A stretch of 64,000 nucleotides of DNA from Macrostomum lignano (GCA_002269645.1 NIVC01000819.1:62001-126000), one strand, 5' to 3'. Shown: positions 1 to 10,775, numbered from the stretch's first letter. Made by a program: numbers and translations. Notes: generated from the letters alone by a model not told the origin.

Positions 1-104
1 TCAGAGACCTGTTGCCGTGACTGCAGACAAAGCAACCAAACGTAAAACAAATCTAACCACCACCAACTAGTTGCCGATTTTTTTTTTTAAAAATTCCTTA
101 AAAA

Positions 105-779
105 ATGGATGCTCAAAATTCTCTTTATGATCCGAACGCTCCCACAGCACCTAGTGTACCTAGTGCACCCCAATATGAGCAACAAAAACTCTACCCCGTC
201 ATTACTTGTAACTCTCAGCAGTTTCGACTGGTGGAGATTCAAAAAATGCGTGATGATCTTGAAAAAAATATTTTCCACAACACAAAGAAAATTAAGCGCT
301 ATGACAACCACTGTAAATTTTTCGACTACAGCAATATGATTCTAGGATCTGTGTCTGTTCTAACTGGGTCTGCTGCAGCTGTCTCAGTGTTGCCAGCCAT
401 CACAGCCCAATCGCAATCCCTCGGCTCTGTGGGTGCTGCATGTGGACTTATTTCAGCAATTACTGGAGCATTAGCGCGAAACAGGCGAAAAAAACTAAAG
501 CAGCTACAGGAGAAGCAAGTAAAAGAGAAAGGGTGCACACTTCAATCATAGGGTACATTTCAAGGGCAATCGAGATAAGTTCATTTCAGAGGATGAGTTC
601 AAAACCATTCAGGATCTTTATGAACAATCAATTCGAATGAACTTGAACATGGTCGGTACTGATGACATGAGTCAGCTGAAAAATGAACTCGAGAAAGTTT
701 TTCAACATTATGTGGAAAGAAAGTCGGCGAAAAATTCGGCAAGAAATTCGGCAAGAAGGACGACGAGAATGCACAATGA
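105..779 (+). pseudogene. Copy A conserved membrane-type accessory protein (homolog of 34742-35467), frameshifted
   Basis: ORF 105-551 matches the copy B protein (QQKLYPVITCNSQQFRLVEIQKMRDDLEKN...). Single-G losses near 530 and 570 break the frame. Homology continues to a TGA at ~777-779. Confidence 0.8.
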
Positions 780-782
780 ACC

Positions 783-1183
783 CTATGAAACACAGCCAAG
801 AATAATTTCCTTGTAGGTCTTTCGTGTTTTGGTCATTGCATACAAAACAGTCATGCACAGCTCACCGCAAATATCACTGCTAAGACCTTGGAGAATAAAG
901 TCTGAGCGATAAATTTTTTTATTATTTTTCCCTTCATATAATTTCTTAGCTCTTCTGGTACTGCCGTCCCATAGCTATCGAAGTAATAACACTTGTGCTT
1001 GCGATCGGGATCAATCACCCAGCAAACCCAATGAGATCCTGGCTTATCGGTGGTGTCAAAGTTCATGATGCCGCATTCTTTTCTTAGAGGAAAATCAGGC
1101 AGAGTGTCCCTCATAAATATTCCTCTAAAGTTTGGGATTTCCAGTTCGTTAGCCAAATCTTCGAGAAAGTTATTTGTCGTCAT
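783..1183 (-). pseudogene. Copy A adenain-like cysteine protease, one frameshift
   Basis: ORF 851-1183 has GSHW and YFDSYG. An A-run near 920 is one base shorter than in copy B, shifting off the Q...CG part. The homologous stop is at 783-785. Confidence 0.88.
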
Positions 1184-1257
1184 TTTTATGAGTTTTATTA
1201 AACTTTCTCTTAAACCTAAACCTAATCTCCTAATCTCCTAAACCCAACCTCCACCTC

Positions 1258-4200
1258 CTAAACCCAACCTCCTAAACCTAATCTCCAGTGCCCGAACGGT
1301 AGACTGTTAATATTGTCATCAAAAATGAATCTCTTGTTATCTGCACCTGACAGTCCAATCTTCTTTTGCTGAATTGTGTGAATAATATGGTTTTTAGATT
1401 GTAGCTTTGAGAACTCATGTGATGTCTTTTTGTTGCAATTCAAGGCGTCTCTGTATTCAGCTTCATTAATTTCCTTCCTAACCACACGTTTCGGAATTCC
1501 CTTTGATTTTTTAATTGGGTCTGACGACTCACATTTTACAAAATAGGACTTTGCTCTCAACCCAATGAATTCAGTGATTATGTCACCAGCAATCTCGTCC
1601 TTCATTTTCCCAATCACTTTCTTGTTAGTGCGTCAAACACTTGATCGCCATTCTGTGTCCTGAAAGATTCATCATACTCAGACAAGTCAAACAAATCTTT
1701 TTGCTGCAGCATGTCCTGATAAATGTCTTCTGTTTGAATGTCCATAATAAAACTGTCTGTGTCAGTGTACAAGAGTTTCATTTTATCCTTGTACTGCTGC
1801 TTCATGCCATAGAAGAACTGGTACATCAGACGTTTTGATTCGTCGAGAACAGTGACACCTGTATAGATCGGCTTGCGCAGCGTCACCTTGGTTTTGTAAA
1901 ATATGATCACACCTAAGTAGCTATTAAAGATATGGAGTTCTTTGAATGTTGGCTTTGACATATTTGCCTGAATAACAGCAGGCTCTGATGAGGTAACAAG
2001 TTTCAGGTTTGTTCTTTTCCGCTCATTCTCAAGAGTCTTGCCATAGACAGAGTTGTTGGCCAACTTAAAGAGGTTCTTGTCAAAGTCGTTGGTTGCTTTG
2101 GTCCTAAACTGGGTATTCTTATCAATGTAGGGTTTCATCCACGCTTCCTCTGTAAATGTAAGAGCCCTGTGAACTTTGGTGACCCTGCAACCAAGTGAGA
2201 TAAAATACTGAAGCAGTTTGTAATGGATTTTGTAACGTGTCTTGTTGTTTAGATTCTGTGTTAGTTTCTCTGTATGTTCTTTTTCTGTTCCTGACAGGTG
2301 CCAAGTTCCATTATTATCATTGGGAGTTTCGATTATTTTCGGGCACTTGATGTTCTCTGGGAAGGGTGGAAAGTCAGAGAAATAGTCGTGAAGCTCTGGT
2401 GGAATGTAAACATCAACCTCATAAATGGCAGCCAATGAAAAGTCCTGTTTGAATTCTGATGAGGGTAGCCATCGAAAATCTCTAACTGGAAGATCTTGAC
2501 TCATCGCCCACCCGTAGAGATTATTAGCGTCCAAGTAAGTAATGTAGTTTGAGGGCTGCTCCTTATTGTAAGATTCAATGTAGGGATTGTTTGCTTTTGC
2601 ATACCTGTTAACGCAAATTGAGATCCCCCTCGCTTTGACGATTCGACAAAATTGTACATGTCAATGTCTGTAAGAAGTTCAATGTACCAATCTGGATCTT
2701 GATCCCATTTCATTTTAAGCAAAGATTCCCAGCTAGTGGCAGGCAGAGACACATAATGTGCTGGATCGAGGCCATATGCTGTGTACCAGGTGTATCTGAA
2801 GGTTTCAAACACATCAGCCAGCAGAAACACATCTGTGAAGAGGTAAAGCAGGTGATACTGGAAGAAGTTTTGACAATTAAAGTAATTATAGACATGCTTC
2901 GCGTGCTCATAGTCTTTGTCAGAGATTCCAGAGTCTGTTAGCTTTGAAAAGAACTTCTCCTGTGGTGGTAAACCTTCTTCAAATACGTGATACCCAGTAA
3001 TATTTCATAGGGGTAGAAGCCTTTCTTTCTTAAAAGTTTAAATGATTCATCACTGTTGTAATTTTACTTGCAAACATCTTTGTATATGTACATTGTTCAT
3101 CTTTTAGATTCTTGCTTAGTTCGTCTAGACTGGCAGCTAGAAATTGATATGAATCCTTCAGTCTTATTTTACCTGTACCCGAATTATCCTGTTTAATATC
3201 AACACACTTAAACTTCTCCTTGTTCTCTGCGATGCAATCAAGGTGTATGTCTGGAATCATGCCGATTTTTTCAACTATTAAATGCATGTCATAGTTCTTT
3301 GCGTTGTGACAAAATATCGTTAGATCATGAATGTTCGATTTTAGCTTTAGATTACAGGTGTTATGCGCTGCACCTCTAAATTTCCCAGTAAAGTGGCAGT
3401 GGTCCCTAACGGTGGGGTTTTTAATATCAGTGCAAGTTAAATGTTTCCTGCAGATGTGGCAATGAGTTGCTGATAGGAAATTGCTTTCATCCTCCTCAGT
3501 CATCATTATTGGAACAGGTTGAAGGGTGCTAATAACTTTTTGCAACTCTAACATTCTGGCAATAAACTGCTCCACACACTGCTCTCCAAAGAAATAATTA
3601 TACTCAACAAGTCCTTTTGTATTAATAAAGGCATATGCTACTGAATTGGGGACATGTTTTTGAGTTTGAGTTTGTTTTTGAGTTGGAGTTTGTTTTTGAG
3701 TTGGAGTTTGTTTTTGTGTTTCCGGCATGATTGAGCATTCGAAATCAGCATATACAACAAATGGGAGCTTCTCCATCTTGTGATAGTTCTTAAACCGGAG
3801 ATACTTCTCTTCAGCTGAAGGAAGAGAGCAGTTTGTCGGGTGATCCTCGCATGATAATTCATGCTCTGTTAGTTTTTCAAAGCGTTCAGGTCCACTGTAA
3901 TGCTTAAGGCACAAGCGGCAGATGGCAACAGCCTCGTGATGATTATTCAACTGCTTGTGAATGAGTCTTGAAAGATCTTTAATCCAAACATAGTGAGCCT
4001 CCTCTAGTAAATTACCAATCACTAGAAGATCCACTTCAGTCCGCCTTTTCCCCTCAGGATCTAAAACGTCTTTGCTACATCTGACCGGTTGAACTTTCTC
4101 AGTTTTTTCACTCCACTCAAAGACTGTGATTCTAATTTTGTTATTAAACACTTCTTCTAGCTTTGGGATCTGAGAATCGCCAAGCCTCCTTTGTCAAACC

Positions 4201-5127
4201 TGATTCCCTTCTTTTCGCATTCGATGAGATAGTAGTTGAAATAATTTTGATAATTTGAGGTTCTTTCGGGGTGGTGAGGGACACTATCATAAAGAAGTGC
4301 AGAAAGAACTGCCCATAGAGCACAGCAATTGTCTTTATTTTTAACATTTATGCAAGCTTTTTTGCCGGCTAGCTTATGCGGGAGCTCTATATAAGAGGAG
4401 GCTTTAAGTGGGTCATATTTCATGACCATGACAGTCGCTCTTTGAATCCCTCCCACGACCCATCCGGAACCTCTGGATGTAAACGCTTCAATTTTCTTAG
4501 TGACATCTTGAAGGAAAGGATCCAGTGTGTCAGTAGGGGTGAATGGCTTTGCCTTTGTTGTCATGTAATACTCGAGATGCTCAGTGGGTTTTGCAGGCAT
4601 ATAAAACGCAATCTTGAATGATATCTGTAGTTTAAAGGTCTTGCGTGTTTTGAGTGTGTGATCAACAACTGATTGGATGCTGTCTTTATAGTCGTAGATG
4701 TTTGCGGTGGTATCCTTAATTGGGATTGTGTACTCTATGTAATGTTCTGTAAACTTCCTCTGTGCAAAATTAATCTCTTCAATGGCAAGCTCCGACTCTT
4801 TTAAATGGATTAATTGCTCTAATTTTCTTGTTCCTGCTTATTTTGTGGGTACTTTGCTTTTTCACCAGTGAGAGTTTCGTATTTGTTAACTAAGTTGCGA
4901 CTCCTCTCTTGGTGTTCCTTTGCAGAATTTTTTATAGGCGCATACTGGTTGGATTCTAATTGATTGATGATTTCCAACTGTTTTTCATAGCTTCCCAGGT
5001 GACCAGGGTCTGTGTTAAACGTTTGTTTACATGCTTCTCTTAGTGAATTACTTTTGTCTTGAAATGAGACGCCTTTTGAAAAATGATATTTGTTGACTAA
5101 ATCTTTTGCTGGATTAGCTTTTGGCAT
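1258..5127 (-). pseudogene. Copy A protein-primed family B DNA polymerase, split by several -1 frameshifts
   Basis: Fragments 4819-5127, 4157-4600, 3030-4151, 2501-2830, 1614-2534 and 1258-1617. Motifs include VYADFEC, DHCHFTGKFRGAAHNTCN, DANNLYG, KLANNSVYGK and LLYTDTDS. Confidence 0.93.
3655..3720. repeat. In-frame 18-bp tandem repeat in copy A pPolB (encodes QKQTPT x3)
   Basis: TTTTGAGTT(T/G)GAGTTTGT repeats. The insertion is absent from copy B (ITPTQKH) and preserves the frame. Confidence 0.8.
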
Positions 5128-5252
5128 TTTTTTCTCTAAAATAAAAAAAAATTTTTGAGGGTGACCACCCTGATAGAAAAGTTGAACTGTTTCTACATCC
5201 TATAAGTAGCGCTAGGTTTATGAAGCTGGATAAAGTGGGGTTTTAAACCTCA

Positions 5253-5711
5253 TCACATGCGCATTATTGTAAACCCAGCATTGTGCAGTGTCATGACGGC
5301 TCTGACAATGTCAGACTTGCTTACAGAATTTTCATGCTCAAAATCATCACGATCGGGGCAGCCCTCAGGGCAGCCCTCTCCTGCCTTAATTGTTATACCT
5401 TTGTCTCTTGCAATCTTTTGCAATTCAAGCTGGTGGGCTCTATCATTCCCAGCTTTAACAGCAGTTGCTACACCTCCAGCTACACCACCTGCGGCACTTA
5501 CAGCGCCTGCAATAATTGGGATAAGAGCTGCTAATGGTAGGATTCCTCCTGACTTTTCATCTGTGATGCTGTGTCTTTGCTCATTACACTGAAGTATTTG
5601 CTGCGTGGGATCGATTTTTACTTTGATACCTTTAATTGATATAAGACCTGGTTTCTTTGATTCAATGATTTTATTGAGTTTATTGATGGTTCTGGTTTCA
5701 ATCTTTGTCAT
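5253..5711 (-). CDS. Copy A 152-aa virion-type protein with GG|ILPLAALIPIIAGA hydrophobic segment
   Basis: Intact ORF, highly similar to 29817-30272. Confidence 0.85.
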   Translation of the reverse strand: MTKIETRTINKLNKIIESKKPGLISIKGIKVKIDPTQQILQCNEQRHSITDEKSGGILPLAALIPIIAGAVSAAGGVAGGVATAVKAGNDRAHQLELQKIARDKGITIKAGEGCPEGCPDRDDFEHENSVSKSDIVRAVMTLHNAGFTIMRM

Positions 5712-5727
5712 TTTTTATTTTAATATT

Positions 5728-6765
5728 TTAATTAATTTCCGTGTCAGCTGGTATCACTAGGAGTTCAGCTCTAGTGAATGACCGCGTGGGGGATTTAGGG
5801 TTAAAGGCCTGAGATAAAAAGTAATAGTCACTGGAGTCGGAGGTAAAATGTCTGTCTATTTTATGTACATCAAGGCTGAAGTATGGATCTGTAGCTCTTC
5901 TTTTGGTGTCTTTCTCTAGCTCTCCAGGTAGATATAAAAAGCGTAGAAACTCAGAGTTTGTCAGTATGTATGGTGATTCAACTCCTGGAAGCTTAGGGTA
6001 GTTCGAGGTGTGTTTTGTGTTGTGTGTGTTGTGTGGGGTTGTCGTGTTGTTGTCTGTTTTATGAGATGACTTAAGTTCGACAGTGTCTTGTTTAATTGCA
6101 TGGGACGGTTTCAATCCAGTCATACGTGTGACTTCATTGTTCAGTTGCTCTATAACAGTGGGGAGCCGGTCTGTCCATTTTGAATAGTACTGACCACTTT
6201 TTAGTTTCAGCTCCTCAGCTGTCTGCTTAGTGAATAGCCTCTTGGCTAGAGTTAGATTGAATCTCTCAACGTACGCTTGGTCTCTGTGCAAGTTTGTTCT
6301 GCCATAGCGAATCTCTGTATTGTGCTTTTCCATAAGGGATTTCACTGCACCCATGAATTCCTTACCCGGGTCGGTCATGAAAATTTCAGGGTAACTAAGG
6401 GGTGAGTTTTTATAAATATCTTGCAGTGCGCTGGCAACAACCTCTGACTTCTTCGTGTTGAGTGGGCGAGCTTCCTTATATCTGGAAGCAACGTCTGTAA
6501 TTGTAAGAGCATACTTGTAGCCCGAGTCATTGGGGAGAAACAAAAGATCTGCTTTTTGCGCTTCATTAGGTTTATAGATGCTAAAGTGAGGTCTTGTAAA
6601 TTTTACTGGTGGGAAATAGACTTGAAAGACAGCCTGCTTAGAGAGCCACTTTTCTACTCTAGCTTTTGGTTCCTTGCTTAGTTCTGCGAGTTTGGTGACT
6701 GCATTTTTTCCTACAAAGAATCCTTTGTCGCTGTAGTAGAGTTTTTTAAGTTTCTGATCTGTCAT
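5728..6765 (-). CDS. Copy A retroviral-type (rve) DDE integrase
   Basis: 345 aa with ADLLFL...TDPGKEF...VERFNLTL giving the DDE triad, as in Polinton integrases. Confidence 0.95.
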   Translation of the reverse strand: MTDQKLKKLYYSDKGFFVGKNAVTKLAELSKEPKARVEKWLSKQAVFQVYFPPVKFTRPHFSIYKPNEAQKADLLFLPNDSGYKYALTITDVASRYKEARPLNTKKSEVVASALQDIYKNSPLSYPEIFMTDPGKEFMGAVKSLMEKHNTEIRYGRTNLHRDQAYVERFNLTLAKRLFTKQTAEELKLKSGQYYSKWTDRLPTVIEQLNNEVTRMTGLKPSHAIKQDTVELKSSHKTDNNTTTPHNTHNTKHTSNYPKLPGVESPYILTNSEFLRFLYLPGELEKDTKRRATDPYFSLDVHKIDRHFTSDSSDYYFLSQAFNPKSPTRSFTRAELLVIPADTEIN

Positions 6766-6796
6766 TTTTTTTTAAAATAAAATTTAAAATAAAATA

Positions 6797-7267
6797 ATGC
6801 AACACTCTGGTGGTAAGTTAGATTCACATGGACTGATAGAAAAGCTTCCTCATCCAAACAAAGGCTGGACACTTCCCGGCTATAAATATTGCGGGCCTTT
6901 GAATCCACTTGAAGTACAGTTAGATAAAAACAATAATCCAAATCCTGGGCATGAGCCTGTGAACGAGCTAGACTCTGTCTGCATGTGGCATGACATCAAG
7001 TATAGAGATTTTCCTGAGGAGAAGAATCGGTGGGACAAAGAAATGCTTAAGAGACTAGACAATATAGGGGCTTCAAGCGGATTTCGTGAGTCGATCGCTC
7101 GGAAGCTAGTTAAAGCTGTTATTTTTGGTAAGTCTAAGTTGGGGTTGGGGGTGTGCGGCGGGGGTGGGTGCACAGGGAGAGAGGGCGGGGTGGGCTTTGT
7201 ACTGCACGCGCCAAGGAAAAAAGTAGGAGTTCTGCTGAAAGAGCTGGGGGTTGAGAGAGCAGAATGA
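6797..7267 (+). CDS. Copy A protein with parvovirus VP1u-type phospholipase A2 domain
   Basis: LPGYKYCGPLN Ca-loop, EPVNELD and HDIKY catalytic motif. Confidence 0.88.
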   Translation: MQHSGGKLDSHGLIEKLPHPNKGWTLPGYKYCGPLNPLEVQLDKNNNPNPGHEPVNELDSVCMWHDIKYRDFPEEKNRWDKEMLKRLDNIGASSGFRESIARKLVKAVIFGKSKLGLGVCGGGGCTGREGGVGFVLHAPRKKVGVLLKELGVERAE

Positions 7268-7544
7268 TTCAAGCAAGAATATTCAGCTCATTCTTTTGAG
7301 AGACAACTGGAAACATTTTTAGAGAAATTATTTTTTTCGGAGGATGAGCACCCTGGGTTTAGGTAATTAAAGTCTTTGGGATCTGGTTTCGCGAATTGAA
7401 TGATCGACTTTACTACATGTACCAAATTAAAGGAAGACTTCCAAAATTGATATTAATAATTAACTATTATAAAACAATATATTTGAAATTAAATAAGATA
7501 AAAATTTAAATTAAGAGAAATACCGAGAATTTTCAGTGTAGTTA

Positions 7545-7800
7545 TAGAAAAATCGCAACTTTTCCTGATCGTTCAGGATTTTTATTCAGGATTTTTTTTC
7601 AGACATTAACATTACTAACTACTAACAGTAGAAAAATCGCAACTTTTCCTGATCGTTCAGGATTTTTATTCAGGATTTTTTTTTCAGACATTAACATTAC
7701 TAACTACTAGCTAACAGTAGAAAAATCGCAACTTTTCCTGATCGTTCAGGATTTTTATTCAGGATTTGTTAGTTCCTGAAGTAGCAGTAGAAAAATCTTA
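7545..7800. repeat. Three ~84-89-bp direct repeats with CCTGA-TCGT-TCAGG hairpin cores
   Basis: ATCGCAACTTTTCCTGATCGTTCAGG starts at 7552, 7636 and 7725. A partial fourth unit lies at ~7785. Confidence 0.9.
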
Positions 7801-7861
7801 ACTTAACATTCAAGAGTAAATAAAATAAATAATGTTACTCATCTACTACCGAAGCGTTATT

Positions 7862-8675
7862 CTATTCCATATTTGTTTCGTCCAACAGATCGTCATCTTC
7901 TTCTCCTTCAAATACAATCTCCAAATCAACCTCTAGTTTCGAACAAAAATTGTCGTCTTGGTCGGCTTCTTTTTCGATCGTTTTCTTAAACGCTAACAAC
8001 GTCTCCATTGAGTATCCAGTCAACGCCAGATTAGGATATTTTCTCATAAGATTATGGAATGTGAATAGCCGCTCGGCAAACTTTATCCCAATGTCCAACC
8101 GCTTGGCCGCCACTTCTGTGCTCACCCCTAGTTGATTTTTCAGTTCGGCCTGAACTTCAGCCTGCTTTTTCCTGGCCAAACAGCTAAGTGTTTCTATCTC
8201 GGCGATGAACATTTCAAGGGTGTTGAATTGCAGTCGTTTGCCGTCCACATCAGCTTGAACAGGTTCCATACAAAGATTTTTAGCCTCGGAGAACCTAAAG
8301 GAAAGAATATTGGATCACATTGTGAATAAGGTCAAAGGTTTGCTTGCAAAAATATCCAATCTATGTCCAATTTCTAAAAATAAGCAAGACTTACCTCGTT
8401 TTAATCACCAGCTGTTCGTTTTTTATTGAATTAATTTTTTGCTTCAAGCGAGCTAAAAACCGAGCTTTCCGGTCTTCTTTATCTTGAGTACAAGATTTCT
8501 CTTTCTCCGAACGCTCTTTTCTTATAGAATTTACGTCTACTTTTTGTAAAATTTTTAAAAGTAAAGCTCTTTCGTGATCTTCTAGATTAGCAATGGCGAT
8601 TGCCGTACTGGCGGAATCTTTACTACTAATACTCCTTAGCGTATTCAGAATTTTTACAGCGTCGCTGGAACTCAT
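7862..8675 (-). CDS. Copy A accessory ORF-X, predicted spliced (exons 8675-8395 and 8294-7862; ~237 aa)
   Basis: ORF 8391-8675 ends at AG|GTAAGT. An acceptor TCTTTCCTTTAG at 8295 restores phase 2 and reads in frame (RFSEAKNLC) into ORF 7862-8269. The intron is 100 bp. Confidence 0.65.
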
Positions 8676-9184
8676 GACGAGGCGGAGCGGACCCTGCCGG
8701 CGGGGTAGGCGGGCTGGGGCGAGGGGCGGTGTGAATCGGCTGTTTATATACCATTGGTGTGGGCTCGGGAATCCATGGATTCTCTTTTTATTCTAGAATA
8801 TTCTAGAATAAGGGAAACCCACAGATTTTCTACTTATAGCCAGTATTTTCTATTAATGGTTGATTGGGGTTGCCTGGGAAAACGGACGGGTTATGTAAAG
8901 AACTAGGAAGACTACTGAAAGAGTTGGGGGGGGGGGGTTGAGAAGGTTGGGGGTTTAAACAAGGAACTAAATGGGCGTTTCTGAAGCTAGGCAAGGGATC
9001 CTTTGAGCTAGTTAAGGCTTGAGCTGGGCAAGCTTTTTCTCTATGCTGCACACGCCACTCGCGCTATGATAAGAAACAGCTGCCATACCCATTCCGCTAT
9101 CACCCACCCACCACACAGCAAAATACCATGCGTAAAAATATCTATTAATGCAGTCTTAGTCTTAAAGCGTTTTGTAGCGACATT

Positions 9185-9502
9185 CTACAATTGCCTAATG
9201 ATTTCTGCAAAGTTATAGTAGCTGTCGTAATCTTTTACGTAGGTTACTCCGTACTTATGAAACCAGTGTCTTTGAAGAGCTAGATTAATATTAGGGACAT
9301 TGATATCAACATCGGGCCAATATTTTCTCATGTACTCGCTGCATTCTAGTTTGCATCGGTACTTGGATTTGTACAATGGATGAGGCTGAGTATAATAAGA
9401 ACCTGGAGAGACAACTGGAAACATTTTTAGAGAAAATTTAGATTTTTTCAAAGGGTAAGGACCCTGCGCTGATGATTTAAAGTCTTTGGGATGTGGTAGC
9501 AC
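9185..9502 (-). CDS. Small TIR-associated ORF of unknown function (copy A)
   Basis: Homologous to 41259-41522, with conserved MFPVVSPGSYY, YKSKYRCKLECSEYMRKYWP and DSYYNFAE. Confidence 0.6.
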   Translation of the reverse strand: MLPHPKDFKSSAQGPYPLKKSKFSLKMFPVVSPGSYYTQPHPLYKSKYRCKLECSEYMRKYWPDVDINVPNINLALQRHWFHKYGVTYVKDYDSYYNFAEIIRQL

Positions 9503-9890
9503 GTTGCGGATTGAATTTGGGGAGAAGAATGCAGATTATTTTCTGATTGTTTCGAAGATGCTATGGGTGGATGTCAGTGGATTATGTCTGTGTCAATGAA
9601 CATAACAGGTGTTAGTGGACATCTGTTATGCACTGGTTCTGTCAGGGATAATATGGATGGATTTAATACGATTATGTTCGAAGTTTTCGGAGCAAGTGCG
9701 ACCCCTCCACTTTTTCATGATTCTGTCGGGGATAATATGGATGGATTTAATGGGATTATGGAGGACGTTTTGTGAGCGAGTGCGACCCCCCTTTTTTTTC
9801 TGATTCTGTCAGGGATAGTATGAATGGATTTAATGGGATTATGGAGGACGTGAAAAATTTTGTCCCAGAAGCCCCCTCATGCCTTCTACT
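9300..9890. repeat. Terminal inverted repeat region of copy A
   Basis: Homologous to copy B TIRs. It contains three GATTCTGTC(A/G)GGGATAATATGGATGGATTTAAT-like subrepeats. The inner boundary cannot be defined without the other end. Confidence 0.8.
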
Positions 9891-10775
9891 CACCCACATC
9901 ATTGTCTAAGCCAACTTTGGCCGAAAAGGATCAAGGGGCCCTGGCGGAAGAAACATTCTGTCTTATACAAGGTCTACAGGACGTCATGCAGGACGTGGAC
10001 GCTCCATTGTGGTTTAATTGGACCCAGGGGTTCTAACAGTGTCTGAAGCTGTTTTCAAATGCACATTTTGGCATGCAATGTAGCGGATATTATAAACCAT
10101 TAATTATTCTCAATTGCTACGGAACTTCGCCAACCAATTCAGGAGAGAAGTCCATCGCAAGGGCAGCGTGAGTTTCTCAAATACAATCTCATATTTCTGG
10201 TTGGGCTCAGCTGATTCAACGCAGATCAACCAACTGTGTGACACGTCTTCGAGCTTGCTGTATTTTCATACTCGCGATGTTCCAATCGCAATTCCTCTTG
10301 GCTGACTGTAGGCTGCGCTGAAACGATGAATGTCAAATGCCAGAGAGCTGTACCAGTGGATGCGCCGGAACTGTAAACCTGCTGTTTACTCAAATGAATA
10401 TAATCCACTGTGAGCTCACACGTCAGCTGGGAGTCCAGACAGACACACGATACCTGACTCTGAACAAGCCAGCGTCAGGAATTTCCAAAGTCCGGAGTCA
10501 AAAAGCATTGTGAATTTCGACTGAGCTCGAATCCGGCCAGGCATTTAACTAAGGCAGTTAAATGGTGAGTAATGTCTGCTCAGCTGAGTAGCATATTCTA
10601 GTAGTTCTGCAGAATTCGCATCCAACAGGTTCAGTGTAGAATTTATTGTAGATAAAGGAATGATACACCATTTTAAAGGCTGGGTAACATATGTTATAAT
10701 GACAAAATCAAGTCATTACCTGCAGTTATCTCCAATCTGCACTGGCAATGCATTCAGCTGGGCTTATGTGCTTCA

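Larger units (their letters stand above)
1..9890 (-). mobile_element. Polinton/Maverick (adintovirus-like) element, copy A, partial (continues off the left edge)
   Basis: Contains protease, pPolB, integrase and PLA2 genes collinear with copy B in reverse orientation. It ends in ...CCCTCATGCCTTCTACT at 9890, the same terminus as copy B. The predicted TSD is CACCCA (9891-9896); the other end is outside the window. Confidence 0.95.
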
